From positions 288,001 through 352,000 of the forward strand of contig OY729416.1 in the NCBI GenBank assembly GCA_963422265.1: a stretch of 64,000 bases of DNA, written 5' to 3'. The position numbers and the translations under genes were made by a program. Source of the DNA: Thermodesulfobacteriota bacterium. GTDB taxonomy: Bacteria > Desulfobacterota_D > UBA1144 > Nemesobacterales > UBA2774. The notes beneath the pieces are model-generated. The model searched no databases. It had not been told where the DNA came from and worked only from the letters and a program-made list of their open reading frames with translations. Below, in pieces: positions 30,801 to 36,592 of this stretch (position 1 is its first letter; every line of letters starts with the position of its first letter).

Positions 30801-33800
30801 CAACGCAGTGGTCATCTCCGACGTAGCGGTAACGCTGACCGATGACGATAACAACTCGCCGACGGGTTCGGTAACCATTACTGGGGCGGCGACGCAGGGG
30901 CAGAGGCTTACGGCAGATACCAGCACGATCGTTGATCCAGACGGTCCGAGTAATCTGACGTTCAGCTATCAATGGAAGCGGGGCGGGACTGACATCAGCG
31001 GGGCGACCAGTAGCACCTACGTTCTAACACAGGCGGACGTCGGTTCTATGATCACAGTAGTAGTGAGTTGGACGGACAGCGGTAGTACAGTGGAATCTCT
31101 GACCTCTGCTGCTACAGCAAGTGTAGCGAACTTAAACGACTTGCCGACTGGTGCAGTAACCATTACGGGGACGGTGACGCAGGGGCAGACACTGACCGCG
31201 GATACCGGCACGATTGTTGACCCAGACGGTCCGAGTAATCTGACGTTCAGCTATCAATGGAAGCGGGGTGGGACTGATATCAACGGGGCGACCAGTAGCA
31301 CCTACGTTCTGACACAGGCGGACGTAGGTTCTGTGATCACAGTAGTAGTGAGTTGGACGGACGCTGGTGGGGCATCGGAATCCCTCACCTCTGCTGCTAC
31401 AGCAAGTGTGGCAAACACCAACAACTTGCCGACTGGTGCAGTAACCATTACTGGGACGGTGACGCAGGGGCAGACGCTTACGGCGGATACCGGCACGATC
31501 GTTGATCCAGACGGTCCGAGTAGTCTGACGTTCAGCTATCAGTGGAAGCGAGGTGGGACTGATATCAGCGGGGCGACCAGTAGCACCTACGTTCTGACAC
31601 AGGCGGACGTCGGTTCTGTGATCACAGTAGTAGTGAGTTGGACGGACAGCGGTAGTACAGTGGAGACTCTTACCTCTGCTGCTACAGCAAGTGTAGCGAA
31701 CGTAAACGACTTGCCGACTGGTGCGGTAACCATCACCGGGACGGCGACCCAGGGCCAGACACTGACCGCGGATACCAGCACGATTGTTGACCCAGACGGT
31801 CCGAGTAATCTGACGTTCAGCTATCAGTGGAAGCGAGGTGGGACTGACATCAGCGGGGCGACCAGTAGCACCTACGTTCTGACACAGGCGGACGTCGGTT
31901 CTGTGATCACAGTAGTAGTGAGTTGGACGGACAGCGGTAGTACAGTGGAGACTCTTACCTCTGCTGCTACAGCAAGTGTAGCGAACGTAAACGACTCGCC
32001 GACTGGTGCAGTCACCATCACCGGCACGGCGACCCAGGGCCAGACACTGACCGCGGATACCAGCACGATCGTTGATCCAGACGGCCCGAGTAATCTGACG
32101 TTCAGCTATCAATGGAAGCGAGGTGGGACTGACATCAGCGGCGGCGCCAGTAGCACCTACGTTCTGACACAGGCGGACGTCGGGGCGGCAATCACCGTCA
32201 CTGTGAGCTGGACTGACGCTGGTGGGGCATCGGAATCTCTTACCTCTGCTGCTACAGCAAGTGTAGCGAACGTAAACGACTTGCCGACTGGTGCGGTAAC
32301 CATTACGGGGACGGCAACCCAGGGGCAGACACTGACCGCGGATACCAGCACGATTGTTGACCCAGACGGTCCGAGTAATCTGACGTTCAGCTATCAATGG
32401 AAGCGGGGTGGGACTGACATCAGCGGGGCGACCAGTAGCACCTACATTCTGACACAGGCGGACGTCGGTTCTGTGATCACAGTAGTAGTGAGTTGGACGG
32501 ACGCTGGTGGGACATCGGAATCCCTCACCTCTGCTGCTACAGCAAGTGTAGCGAACGTAAACGACTTGCCGACTGGTGCGGTAACCATTACGGGGACGGC
32601 AACCCAGGGGCAGACGCTTACAGCGGATACCGGCACGATCGTTGATCCAGACGGTCCGAGCAGTCTGACGTTCAGCTATCAATGGAAGCGAGGCGGGACT
32701 GATATCAACGGGGCGACCAGTAGCACCTACATTATGACACAGGCGGACGTCGGTTCTGTGATCACAGTAGTAGTGAGTTGGACGGACAGCGGTAGTACAG
32801 TGGAATCTCTGACCTCTGCTGCTACAGCAAGTGTAGCGAACGTAAACGACTCGCCGACTGGTGCGGTAACCATTACGGGGACGGCGACCCAGGGCCAGAC
32901 ACTGACCGCGGATACCGGCACGATTGTTGACCCAGACGGTCCGAGTAATCTGACGTTCAGCTATCAATGGAAGCGAGGCGGGACTGACATCAGCGGCGCC
33001 ACTACTAGCACCTACGTTCTGACACAGGCGGACGTAGGTTCTGTGATCACAGTAGTAGTGAGTTGGACGGACGCTGGTGGGGCATCGGAATCTCTTACCT
33101 CGACTGCCACTGCGAAGGTGATTAACATCAGCGGTGCTGACTCTGGCACGATTATTGATGTAGTAGAGGACGGTGGTCGCAGCATCATCACGGCAACGGT
33201 TGACGAGACGGCTGTGAAGCTGACGCTGCCATCTGGACACGGCGTGACGGAGATTGAGTTTTCACCGGCGGCGCCCACTGTTACTGAGCCGTCGGGCGTG
33301 AGCTTTGGGGGTAAACCGTCTTACGTGGATATAGATCTGGACGTGGAGCTCTCGTCATCATCAAGTGCCATCGTCTGTCTGGAGGAGCCCGAAGAGCTGT
33401 CAGGTAATCTATCGGTATATCATCTTGCCGATGTAGAAGGTGCGGGGTGGAGGAAGCTGCCGTCGCCTGCATCGGTGCCCAGCGGTTATGTATGCGGTAA
33501 AACGAGTAGTTTTTCTACTTTTGTATTGGGTTCGCCAAAGCCGACTTTCGGTTCAGAATCCATTGGGGACTATGTCTGGACGGTTGGTGTGGAAGTTGTT
33601 GATGTTGTTCTACCTGAGGCTACTGGTGGTGACGGTGTTATTACCTACAGTCTGAGACCGTCTCTACCATTGGATCTTAAGTTTAATGATGATTCTCCTC
33701 GCGCTATCACTGGCAAGCCGACTGAGGCGTTAGCTAAGACGAAGTTCACCTACAAGGCTGAGGACGTAGATGGCGATACAAGTGAGTTGTCATTTAGCAT

Positions 33801-35298
33801 AACGGTTCGTGCAGCCGAGGAAAAGGAGCGAGCGCGTGTTCTTTCTGTAGTGTTAGCTTCTTTTGGACGGGCAGCTGCAACCGGAGCGGTGGACGTAATA
33901 GGTGAACGTTTTGTTTCTTCTTCTTCTCTGGCAGGTAGTCCTAAATTGACATTGGGTGGTGTTTCTATGACATCGTTTGACACTCGTTCTGTGGCAGGAG
34001 CTGTGGATGGGGTGTTGGGTCTGAGTGGTGGTTCAGATATTGAATTGTTGGAGGGTTTAGATCGAGAGCCTGTTGAGTTACGGCGTGTTTCTGGGAGGGA
34101 TTTGTTTGCGCAGAGCGAATTTTCTATTCCTTTGAGTAGTAGTGGTGATATGGGAGGAGTGATGCGAGGTTGGACGTTATGGGGCAGTGGTGCGGGTAGT
34201 GGATTTTCTGGTAGTAATTTGGATGGAGATATAGATACAGAGGGTGAGTTGTATACGGGCTACATGGGATTGGACTATAGGTTTGGTAATAGGGGTTTGG
34301 CGGGAGTAGCGATATCTCGTAGTGTTGGAGAGGTGGACTATGAGGTGGATGGTAGCTTTCATCTTATGGGTGGAGAGACAGGTAGTATCCGAGGGGAGGT
34401 AGATTTGGAGTTGACGAGCGTTCTTCCATATGCGCACTACACTATTCGTCCTGGTCTTAGTATATGGGGTTTGTTTGGAGCGGGTATAGGCGATATTGAG
34501 TTGGAGGATGGGGCAGGAGAAGTAGAGGCGGACGTAAATATGCTGATGGTAGCGTTGGGAGTGCGTCAGGAGTTGGCTAGATGGGGAGATATAGATTTTG
34601 GGTTAAAGAGTGATGGTTTTGCAGTGCAGTTAAAGACAGAGGGGGTGGAAGGTCTTTCTGGTGTTAGTGGAGTAGCGCGTCGTTTGCGATTAGGTTTAGA
34701 GATGAGCCGTGACGTGTATGTGACAGGAGATTCTTTGTTGCTACCAAGTGTGGAGATAGGGGGGCGATGGGACGGCGGAGATGCGGATAGTGGAGTAGGT
34801 ATGGAGGTAGGCGGAGGTATAGAGTATGTTCATAGAGGTTTGGGTTTGAGCGTGGAGGTTCGAGGGAGGTATTTGTTGTTTCATGAGGAGTCTGAGTTTG
34901 AGGATTGGGGAGGTAGTTTTTCATTGCGGATGGGTGATGGAGTTCGGGGGCGTGGATTGTGGTTGAAGTTTGAGCCTGAGTGGGGTGAGGTAGCGAGTGG
35001 AGTAGAGCGAATGTGGCGAGGTGAGGTTGATAGTGGGTTAGGAGTAGGGAAGCGGGGTTTATCTCCTGGGCGTGTGAAGTTTGACGTTGGATATGGTATG
35101 GAGACGCGAGGTAGTGGGTGGCTTGTAACGCCGTATAGTGGCGTATCTATTATGAGGGAGGGGGAGCGCGAGTATAGGTTGGGTGGCAAGGTAGGTGTAG
35201 GGGAGTGGATGGATATAAGTTTGGAGGGGGAGCGTCGAGAGGTTTCTAATGGAGTTGTGGATCACGGAATACTATTATGGTGGAAGCTGTTATTGTAG
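15885..35298 (+). CDS. Giant repetitive autotransporter-like adhesin (~6,400 aa when reframed); frameshifted in this sequence
   Basis: ORFs 15950-16612, 16491-16847, 16741-17931, 18176-28990, 29083-29460 and 29935-35298 continue one repeat pattern across frame changes; signal peptide ..RRLAATLGLIFFIICVLPGTAQA; C-terminal beta-barrel-like region. Confidence 0.82.
15901..15922 (+). repeat. C22 homopolymer at the adhesin 5' end
   Basis: 22 consecutive C starting 16 nt after the A of ATG 15885. Confidence 0.9.
16046..19112 (+). repeat. Nine ~110-aa Calx-beta/cadherin-like repeats arranged as (A-B-C)x3
   Basis: Recurring YTV.L...P...VTV...SPASLTFTTS.W.T.Q.VTVTG.DD..TDDD; type-A starts near 16046, 17078 and 18098. 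Confidence 0.75.
18176..28990 (+). CDS. Largest intact fragment of the adhesin (Calx-like, FN3 and 95-aa repeats)
   Basis: 3604-aa ORF in the track; ends at an indel cluster rather than a domain end. Confidence 0.8.
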   Translation: MKLNGAPNADVTVTVRNNFPDEITVSPASLTFTTSDWNTPQRVTVTVLDNQVDNGDQRTILVWHLPTGGGYGSQQNTNITVQYNDNDTAGVTVTETGDSTATTEAGGTDTFTVVLNTEPLEGVRIAVSSSDISEGTVDKSSLTFTAANWDTVQTVTVTGQDDSLVDGDRAYNIVLAKVVSTDTNYHGIDPADVSVTNTDDDAGVTLSKSSVTVTEASGNSNTNTYTVVLDAQPSGTVTVTLTSGDTSVARVSPASLTFTTSDWNTAQQVTVTGVDDSTDEDRSTTITHTISGGGYGSVSIADVAVTLTDDDTARVTPPSKPTGLEAVGGDSQVTLTWNNPNNAAITGYQIRQRSYVNGAWTKFPKFSNIIPGSDASTTSHVVSGLTNGVRYSFQIREMVGKKGGKPSEAKATPAAPPPPKPSKPTGLRTVAGNNQATLIWNNPNNAAITKYQYKQWNSSSTESGAKWADIPGSDANTTSYVVSGLTNTSVIYRFRIRAVAGPSVGLQSSSAGAIIAVPPAAPVVTATPGDAQVRLSWSGSIGYYITRYQIKQWTGSSEPANGWKDIPGSRSSTTSHVVRGLTSGVSYSFRIRAVATCSFNSGRFIASDCSVAGTPSTPVSPTLVPGKPVVAPMPGDAQVTLSWSNPNDVAITKYQIKQWTGSSESGSWTDISGSGSSTTSHVVSGLTSGVRYSFRIRAVAGTNVAGTPSDPVRAVLLDKPVVSASAGDTLVTLSWSDPNDDSITRYQIKQWTGSSERGRWTDISGSGSSTTSLVVGRLTNGVRYSFRIRAMVGLFPGVESASVSSTPVPGKPAVTATPGTAQVTLSWSNPNDASIARYQIKQWTGSSESGSWTDISGSGEDTTSHVVRGLTNGVEYSFRIRAVTGTNASGTPSDPVSETPAVQPDKPAVTAAPAGDSLVRLSWSNPNDASITGYQIKRWTGSSESGSWTDISGSGKDTITYTVPGLTNGVEYSFRIRAMAGRVPGMESDVASATPVADKPIVTATPGNALVTLSWSNPNDASITGYQIKQWTGSSESGSWTDISGSGEDTISHVVSGLTNGARYGFRIRAMVGAVTRTPSDPVSATPVSPPVGLTATPGDSQVTLTWNNPNNPTITGYQLKKYRFTIETGFNEGSWTDIPGSGKDTTSYVVTSLTNGARYGFEIRAVVGSVTGEESEFVPVTLSSIFTITGTVTQGETLTADTSTISDPDGPKSLTFTYQWKRGGTAIGGATGRTYVLTQADVGKAITVIVSWTNARGTLKSLTSTATANVANVNESPTGAVTITGTATRGQTLTADTSTIVDPDGPARLTFTYQWNRGGTAIGGATGRTYVLTPADVGKAISVTVSWTDAGSTAESFISAATTSVTNTNQSPTGAVAITGTATQKQTLTAVTSTIVDPDGPSSLTFSYQWNRDGSAISSATGSTYVLTQADVGAKITVTVSWTDAGSTAESFNSAATAKVANVNDLPTGAVTITGTVTQKQTLTAVTSTISDPDGPSNLVFSYQWKRDGNNISSATGRTYVLTQADVGKAIIVTVSWTDAYGASESLTSAATAKVVNVNDRPTGAVTITGTPIQGQILTADTSGISDPDVPDTDSLTFTYQWTRGPDTVSRTSTYTLTQADVGEIITVVVAYQDGGRRQLFLARTPKVANLNDAPTGAVTITGTPTQGETLTAVTSTISDPDGPSDLVFSYQWKRDRIAISSATGSTYTLTQADVGKAISVIVSWTDAGSTAETLTSVATASVTNINDSPTGSVTITGTVTQGQTLTADTSGISDPDGPASLTFSYQWKRDGSDISSATSRTYILTQADVGKAISVTVSWTDAGSIVETLTSAATANVANLNDSPTGSVTISGTVTQGQTLTAVTSTIVDPDGPASLTFSYQWKRDSTDISSATSRTYILTQADVGKAITVIVSWTDAGSIVETLTSTATAKVANMNDPPTGAVTISGTVTQGQTLTAVTSTIVDPDGPSSLTFTYQWNRGGNPISSATGSTYTLTQADVGKAISVIVSWTDAGSTAETLTSAATANVTNANDPPTGAVTISGTVTQGQTLTADTSGISDPDGPSNLTFTYQWKRDGSDISSATSRTYILTQADVGKAITVIVSWTDAGSIVETLTSAATANVANLNDSPTGSVTISGTVTQGQTLTAVTSTIVDPDGPASLTFSYQWKRDSTDISSATSRTYILTQADVGKAITVIVSWTDAGSIVETLTSTATAKVANMNDPPTGAVTISGTVTQGQTLTAVTSTIVDPDGPSSLTFTYQWNRGGNPISSATGSTYTLTQADVGKAISVTVSWTDAGSIVETLTSAATANVTNANDPPTGAVTITGTVTQGQTLTADTSTIVDPDGPASLTFSYQWKRDSTDISSATSRTYILTQADVGKAITVIVSWTDAGSIVETLTSAATANVANLNDSPTGSVTISGTVTQGQTLTAVTSTIVDPDGPASLTFSYQWKRDSTDISSATSRTYILTQADVGKAITVIVSWTDAGSIVETLTSTATAKVANMNDPPTGAVTISGTVTQGQTLTAVTSTIVDPDGPSSLTFTYQWNRGGNPISSATGSTYTLTQADVGKAISVTVSWTDAGSIVETLTSAATANVTNANDPPTGAVTITGTVTQGQTLTADTSTIVDPDGPASLTFSYQWKRDSTDISSATSRTYILTQADVGKAITVIVSWTDAGSIVETLTSTATAKVANMNDPPTGAVTISGTVTQGQTLTADTSGISDPDGPSNLTFTYQWNRGGNPISSATGSTYTLTQADVGKAISVTVSWTDAGSIVETLTSAATANVTNANDPPTGAVTITGTVTQGQTLTADTSTIVDPDGPASLTFSYQWKRDSTDISSATSRTYILTQADVGAAISVAVSWTDAGSIVETLTSDATANVANLNDSPTGSVTISGTVTQGQTLTAVTSTIVDPDGPASLTFSYQWKRDSTDISSATSRTYILTQADVGAAISVAVSWTDAGSIVETLTSTATAKVANMNDPPTGAVTISGTVTQGQTLTAVTSTIVDPDGPSSLTFTYQWNRGGNPISSATGSTYTLTQADVGKAISVTVSWTDAGSIVETLTSAATANVTNANDPPTGAVTITGTVTQGQTLTADTSGISDPDGPSNLTFTYQWKRDGSDISSATSRTYVLTQADVGKAISVIVSWTDAGSTAETLTSAATANVTNANDPPTGAVTITGTVTQGQTLTADTSTIVDPDGPANLTFTYQWKRDGSDISSATSRTYVLTQADVGKAISVIVSWTDAGSTVETLTSAATANVTNANDPPTGSVTISGTVTQGQTLTADTSTIVDPDGPASLTFTYQWKRDGSDISSATSRTYILTQADVGKAITVIVSWTDAGSIVETLTSAATAKVVNVNDPPTGSVTITGTVTQGQTLTADTSTIVDPDGPASLTFTYQWKRDGSDISSATSRTYVLTQADVGKAISVIVSWTDAGSTVETLTSAATANVTNANDPPTGSVTISGTVTQGQTLTADTSTIVDPDGPANLTFTYQWKRDGSDISSATSRTYVLTQADVGKAISVIVSWTDAGSTVETLTSAATANVTNANDPPTGSVTISGTVTQGQTLTADTSTIVDPDGPASLTTYQWKRDGSDISCHQ
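19123..21723 (+). repeat. Nine tandem fibronectin type III domains
   Basis: P..L.A..G...VTL.W..P....IT.YQ....W.DI.GS...TTS.VV.GLTNG..Y.FRIRA occurs nine times. Confidence 0.88.
21730..29856 (+). repeat. About 29 tandem 285-bp (95-aa) Ig-like repeats, block 1
   Basis: Unit PTGAVTITGT.TQGQTLTA.TS.I.DPDGP..LTF.YQW.R....I..AT..TY.LTQADVGK.I.V.VSWTD; 285-bp spacing visible in the shadow ORF track. Confidence 0.9.
29857..30850 (+). repeat. Three further type-C Calx-like repeats
   Basis: AGVT....VTVTEASGSSNTNTYTV.L...P occurs three times. Confidence 0.8.
29935..35298 (+). CDS. C-terminal adhesin fragment: repeats, Ig-like (He_PIG-type) domain and autotransporter-like beta-barrel
   Basis: LPEATGGDG.ITYSL..FTY.A.D.DGD Ig domain; WTLWGSG, GYMGLDY, LPYAHY, GGRWDGGD, VTPY amphipathic strands. 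Confidence 0.82.
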   Translation: MLDTQPSGNVTVTPTSGDSDVATVSPVSLTFTTSNWSTAQIVTVTGVDDSSDGDRSTTITHAASGGGYDSVVIASVSVTLTDDDTAGVTVSESGVTVTEASGSSNTNTYTVVLNTRPSGNVTVTPTSGDTNVATVSGALTFTTSNWSTAQSITVTGVDDSSDGDRSTTITHAASGGGYNAVVISDVAVTLTDDDTAGVTVSESSVTVTEASGSSNTNTYTVKLNTRPSGTVTVTPTSGDSDVATVSPVSLTFTTSNWGTAQSITVTGVDDSSDGDRSTTITHAASGGGYNAVVISDVAVTLTDDDNNSPTGSVTITGAATQGQRLTADTSTIVDPDGPSNLTFSYQWKRGGTDISGATSSTYVLTQADVGSMITVVVSWTDSGSTVESLTSAATASVANLNDLPTGAVTITGTVTQGQTLTADTGTIVDPDGPSNLTFSYQWKRGGTDINGATSSTYVLTQADVGSVITVVVSWTDAGGASESLTSAATASVANTNNLPTGAVTITGTVTQGQTLTADTGTIVDPDGPSSLTFSYQWKRGGTDISGATSSTYVLTQADVGSVITVVVSWTDSGSTVETLTSAATASVANVNDLPTGAVTITGTATQGQTLTADTSTIVDPDGPSNLTFSYQWKRGGTDISGATSSTYVLTQADVGSVITVVVSWTDSGSTVETLTSAATASVANVNDSPTGAVTITGTATQGQTLTADTSTIVDPDGPSNLTFSYQWKRGGTDISGGASSTYVLTQADVGAAITVTVSWTDAGGASESLTSAATASVANVNDLPTGAVTITGTATQGQTLTADTSTIVDPDGPSNLTFSYQWKRGGTDISGATSSTYILTQADVGSVITVVVSWTDAGGTSESLTSAATASVANVNDLPTGAVTITGTATQGQTLTADTGTIVDPDGPSSLTFSYQWKRGGTDINGATSSTYIMTQADVGSVITVVVSWTDSGSTVESLTSAATASVANVNDSPTGAVTITGTATQGQTLTADTGTIVDPDGPSNLTFSYQWKRGGTDISGATTSTYVLTQADVGSVITVVVSWTDAGGASESLTSTATAKVINISGADSGTIIDVVEDGGRSIITATVDETAVKLTLPSGHGVTEIEFSPAAPTVTEPSGVSFGGKPSYVDIDLDVELSSSSSAIVCLEEPEELSGNLSVYHLADVEGAGWRKLPSPASVPSGYVCGKTSSFSTFVLGSPKPTFGSESIGDYVWTVGVEVVDVVLPEATGGDGVITYSLRPSLPLDLKFNDDSPRAITGKPTEALAKTKFTYKAEDVDGDTSELSFSITVRAAEEKERARVLSVVLASFGRAAATGAVDVIGERFVSSSSLAGSPKLTLGGVSMTSFDTRSVAGAVDGVLGLSGGSDIELLEGLDREPVELRRVSGRDLFAQSEFSIPLSSSGDMGGVMRGWTLWGSGAGSGFSGSNLDGDIDTEGELYTGYMGLDYRFGNRGLAGVAISRSVGEVDYEVDGSFHLMGGETGSIRGEVDLELTSVLPYAHYTIRPGLSIWGLFGAGIGDIELEDGAGEVEADVNMLMVALGVRQELARWGDIDFGLKSDGFAVQLKTEGVEGLSGVSGVARRLRLGLEMSRDVYVTGDSLLLPSVEIGGRWDGGDADSGVGMEVGGGIEYVHRGLGLSVEVRGRYLLFHEESEFEDWGGSFSLRMGDGVRGRGLWLKFEPEWGEVASGVERMWRGEVDSGLGVGKRGLSPGRVKFDVGYGMETRGSGWLVTPYSGVSIMREGEREYRLGGKVGVGEWMDISLEGERREVSNGVVDHGILLWWKLLL
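30851..33126 (+). repeat. Eight 285-bp (95-aa) Ig-like repeats, block 2
   Basis: Same peptide unit as block 1; period shown by shadow ORFs at 31017, 31302 ... 33012. Confidence 0.9.
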
Positions 35299-35313
35299 AA
35301 AGAATAAAGATTA

Positions 35314-35348
35314 AATCCCCCCCCCTTCCCTTTACAAAAGGGGGGATT
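35314..35348 (+). terminator. C/G-rich hairpin after the adhesin stop (terminator or REP-like)
   Basis: AATCCCCCC...GGGGGGATT inverted repeat 15 nt after TAG. Confidence 0.5.
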
Positions 35349-35722
35349 GTATAGGGAATGAACTCTCGTCCCCCGATGCTCTATCTGGATTCCTAGTCGA
35401 GCTGGTAATGATGGGCAAGTTGGTAATGACGGGTTGTTAAAAGCTGTTAGAACTAGCTATTCTCTTTCATTTTCCATCTTTTTTCTGTTACTTTCTCGGC
35501 ACTTTTCTTTAACTTTTCTATTCATTTTCTATCCTTTTTATCTCTTTTCTTTAACGTGGTAAGCACGTCTCTATGAGGCATGTCCTCATAATAATTTAAG
35601 CTCTCTTGGGTGGCAAATATGACGTCGCTAATTGAGGCCTAATTAAGGCGGCAGACGCTTTCCTTTCAACTCCCACTAGGTTAAACTTGCTTATCAATAG
35701 GATATAAAAATTGAGGAGGTAA

Positions 35723-36490
35723 ATGGAGATGAGGCTTACAGGCAAGATCGCCTTGATCACGGGTGGGGGTGAAGGCATAGGCAGGGCTACGGCTCTGTTA
35801 TTTTCCGAGTCGGGGGTGGATGTTGGTATAATGGGTAGAACCGAGTCTAAACTTGATGGTGTAGTGCAGGAAGCCCAGGGTCCGGGGGAAATTACGGCTT
35901 ATCAGGGAGACGTTTCGGTTGAGGGAGACGTAAAGAGGGTAGTCAATAGCTTTTATGATAAACACGGAAAGATAGACATACTTTTTAATAATGCGGGAAT
36001 TCTCGAAGGTGGGACGGTAGTTACGACTTCCGTGGATACGTGGGATCGGACAATGAATATAAATGTAAAGGGAATATTTCTGATGAGTAAACACGTTCTA
36101 CCTCTTATGGTAAAGCACGGCGGGGGCGCTGTCATAAATAATTCTTCCGTTCTGGGAATGGTAGGAATGGAAGGATGTGTAGCTTATAATGCCTCTAAAG
36201 GGGCAGTGAGGCAGATAACGAGAAGTATGGCGATTGATCACGCTGGTGATAATATACGCGTGAATTCAGTTTGTCCGGGGTATATCAAGACCAAGATGGA
36301 TCCAGAGTTTATGGGCAATCCTCCTGATGCTGAAGAGCAGCTTGACAAGATCGCTGCGGATATGATTCCCTTGGTTAGAAGAGCGGAAGCCGTTGAAGTG
36401 GGTCACGCCGTGTTATATCTGGCAAGTGACGAGGCAAGATACGTAACGGGTTCCGATTTGGTCATTGATGGAGGATGGACAGCCGTCTAA
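35723..36490 (+). CDS. Short-chain dehydrogenase/reductase
   Basis: TGGGEGIG, NNAG, YNASK, DGGWT. Confidence 0.92.
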   Translation: MEMRLTGKIALITGGGEGIGRATALLFSESGVDVGIMGRTESKLDGVVQEAQGPGEITAYQGDVSVEGDVKRVVNSFYDKHGKIDILFNNAGILEGGTVVTTSVDTWDRTMNINVKGIFLMSKHVLPLMVKHGGGAVINNSSVLGMVGMEGCVAYNASKGAVRQITRSMAIDHAGDNIRVNSVCPGYIKTKMDPEFMGNPPDAEEQLDKIAADMIPLVRRAEAVEVGHAVLYLASDEARYVTGSDLVIDGGWTAV

Positions 36491-36592
36491 ATTTCGTTGC
36501 TACTCAACTGATGTTCGCGTAGAAATTACGTAAGCGCATCCTCAACTCCGATTGGGGAACGATGACGGAATTAGGTGTAATCTTAACTTTGC

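Noticed and set aside
21619-33278. Many minus-strand ORFs, including 585 aa (27227-28984) and 702 aa (31132-33240)
   Set aside because: Antisense shadows of the repetitive adhesin; they repeat with the same 285-bp period and have no independent motifs
15885-35298. Diversity-generating retroelement or shufflon acting on the adhesin
   Set aside because: No reverse transcriptase or recombinase seen; repeat differences are not adenine-specific and no inverted cassettes were found
35460-35556. ~100-bp pyrimidine-rich tract
   Set aside because: Low complexity; no ORF or structure could be supported
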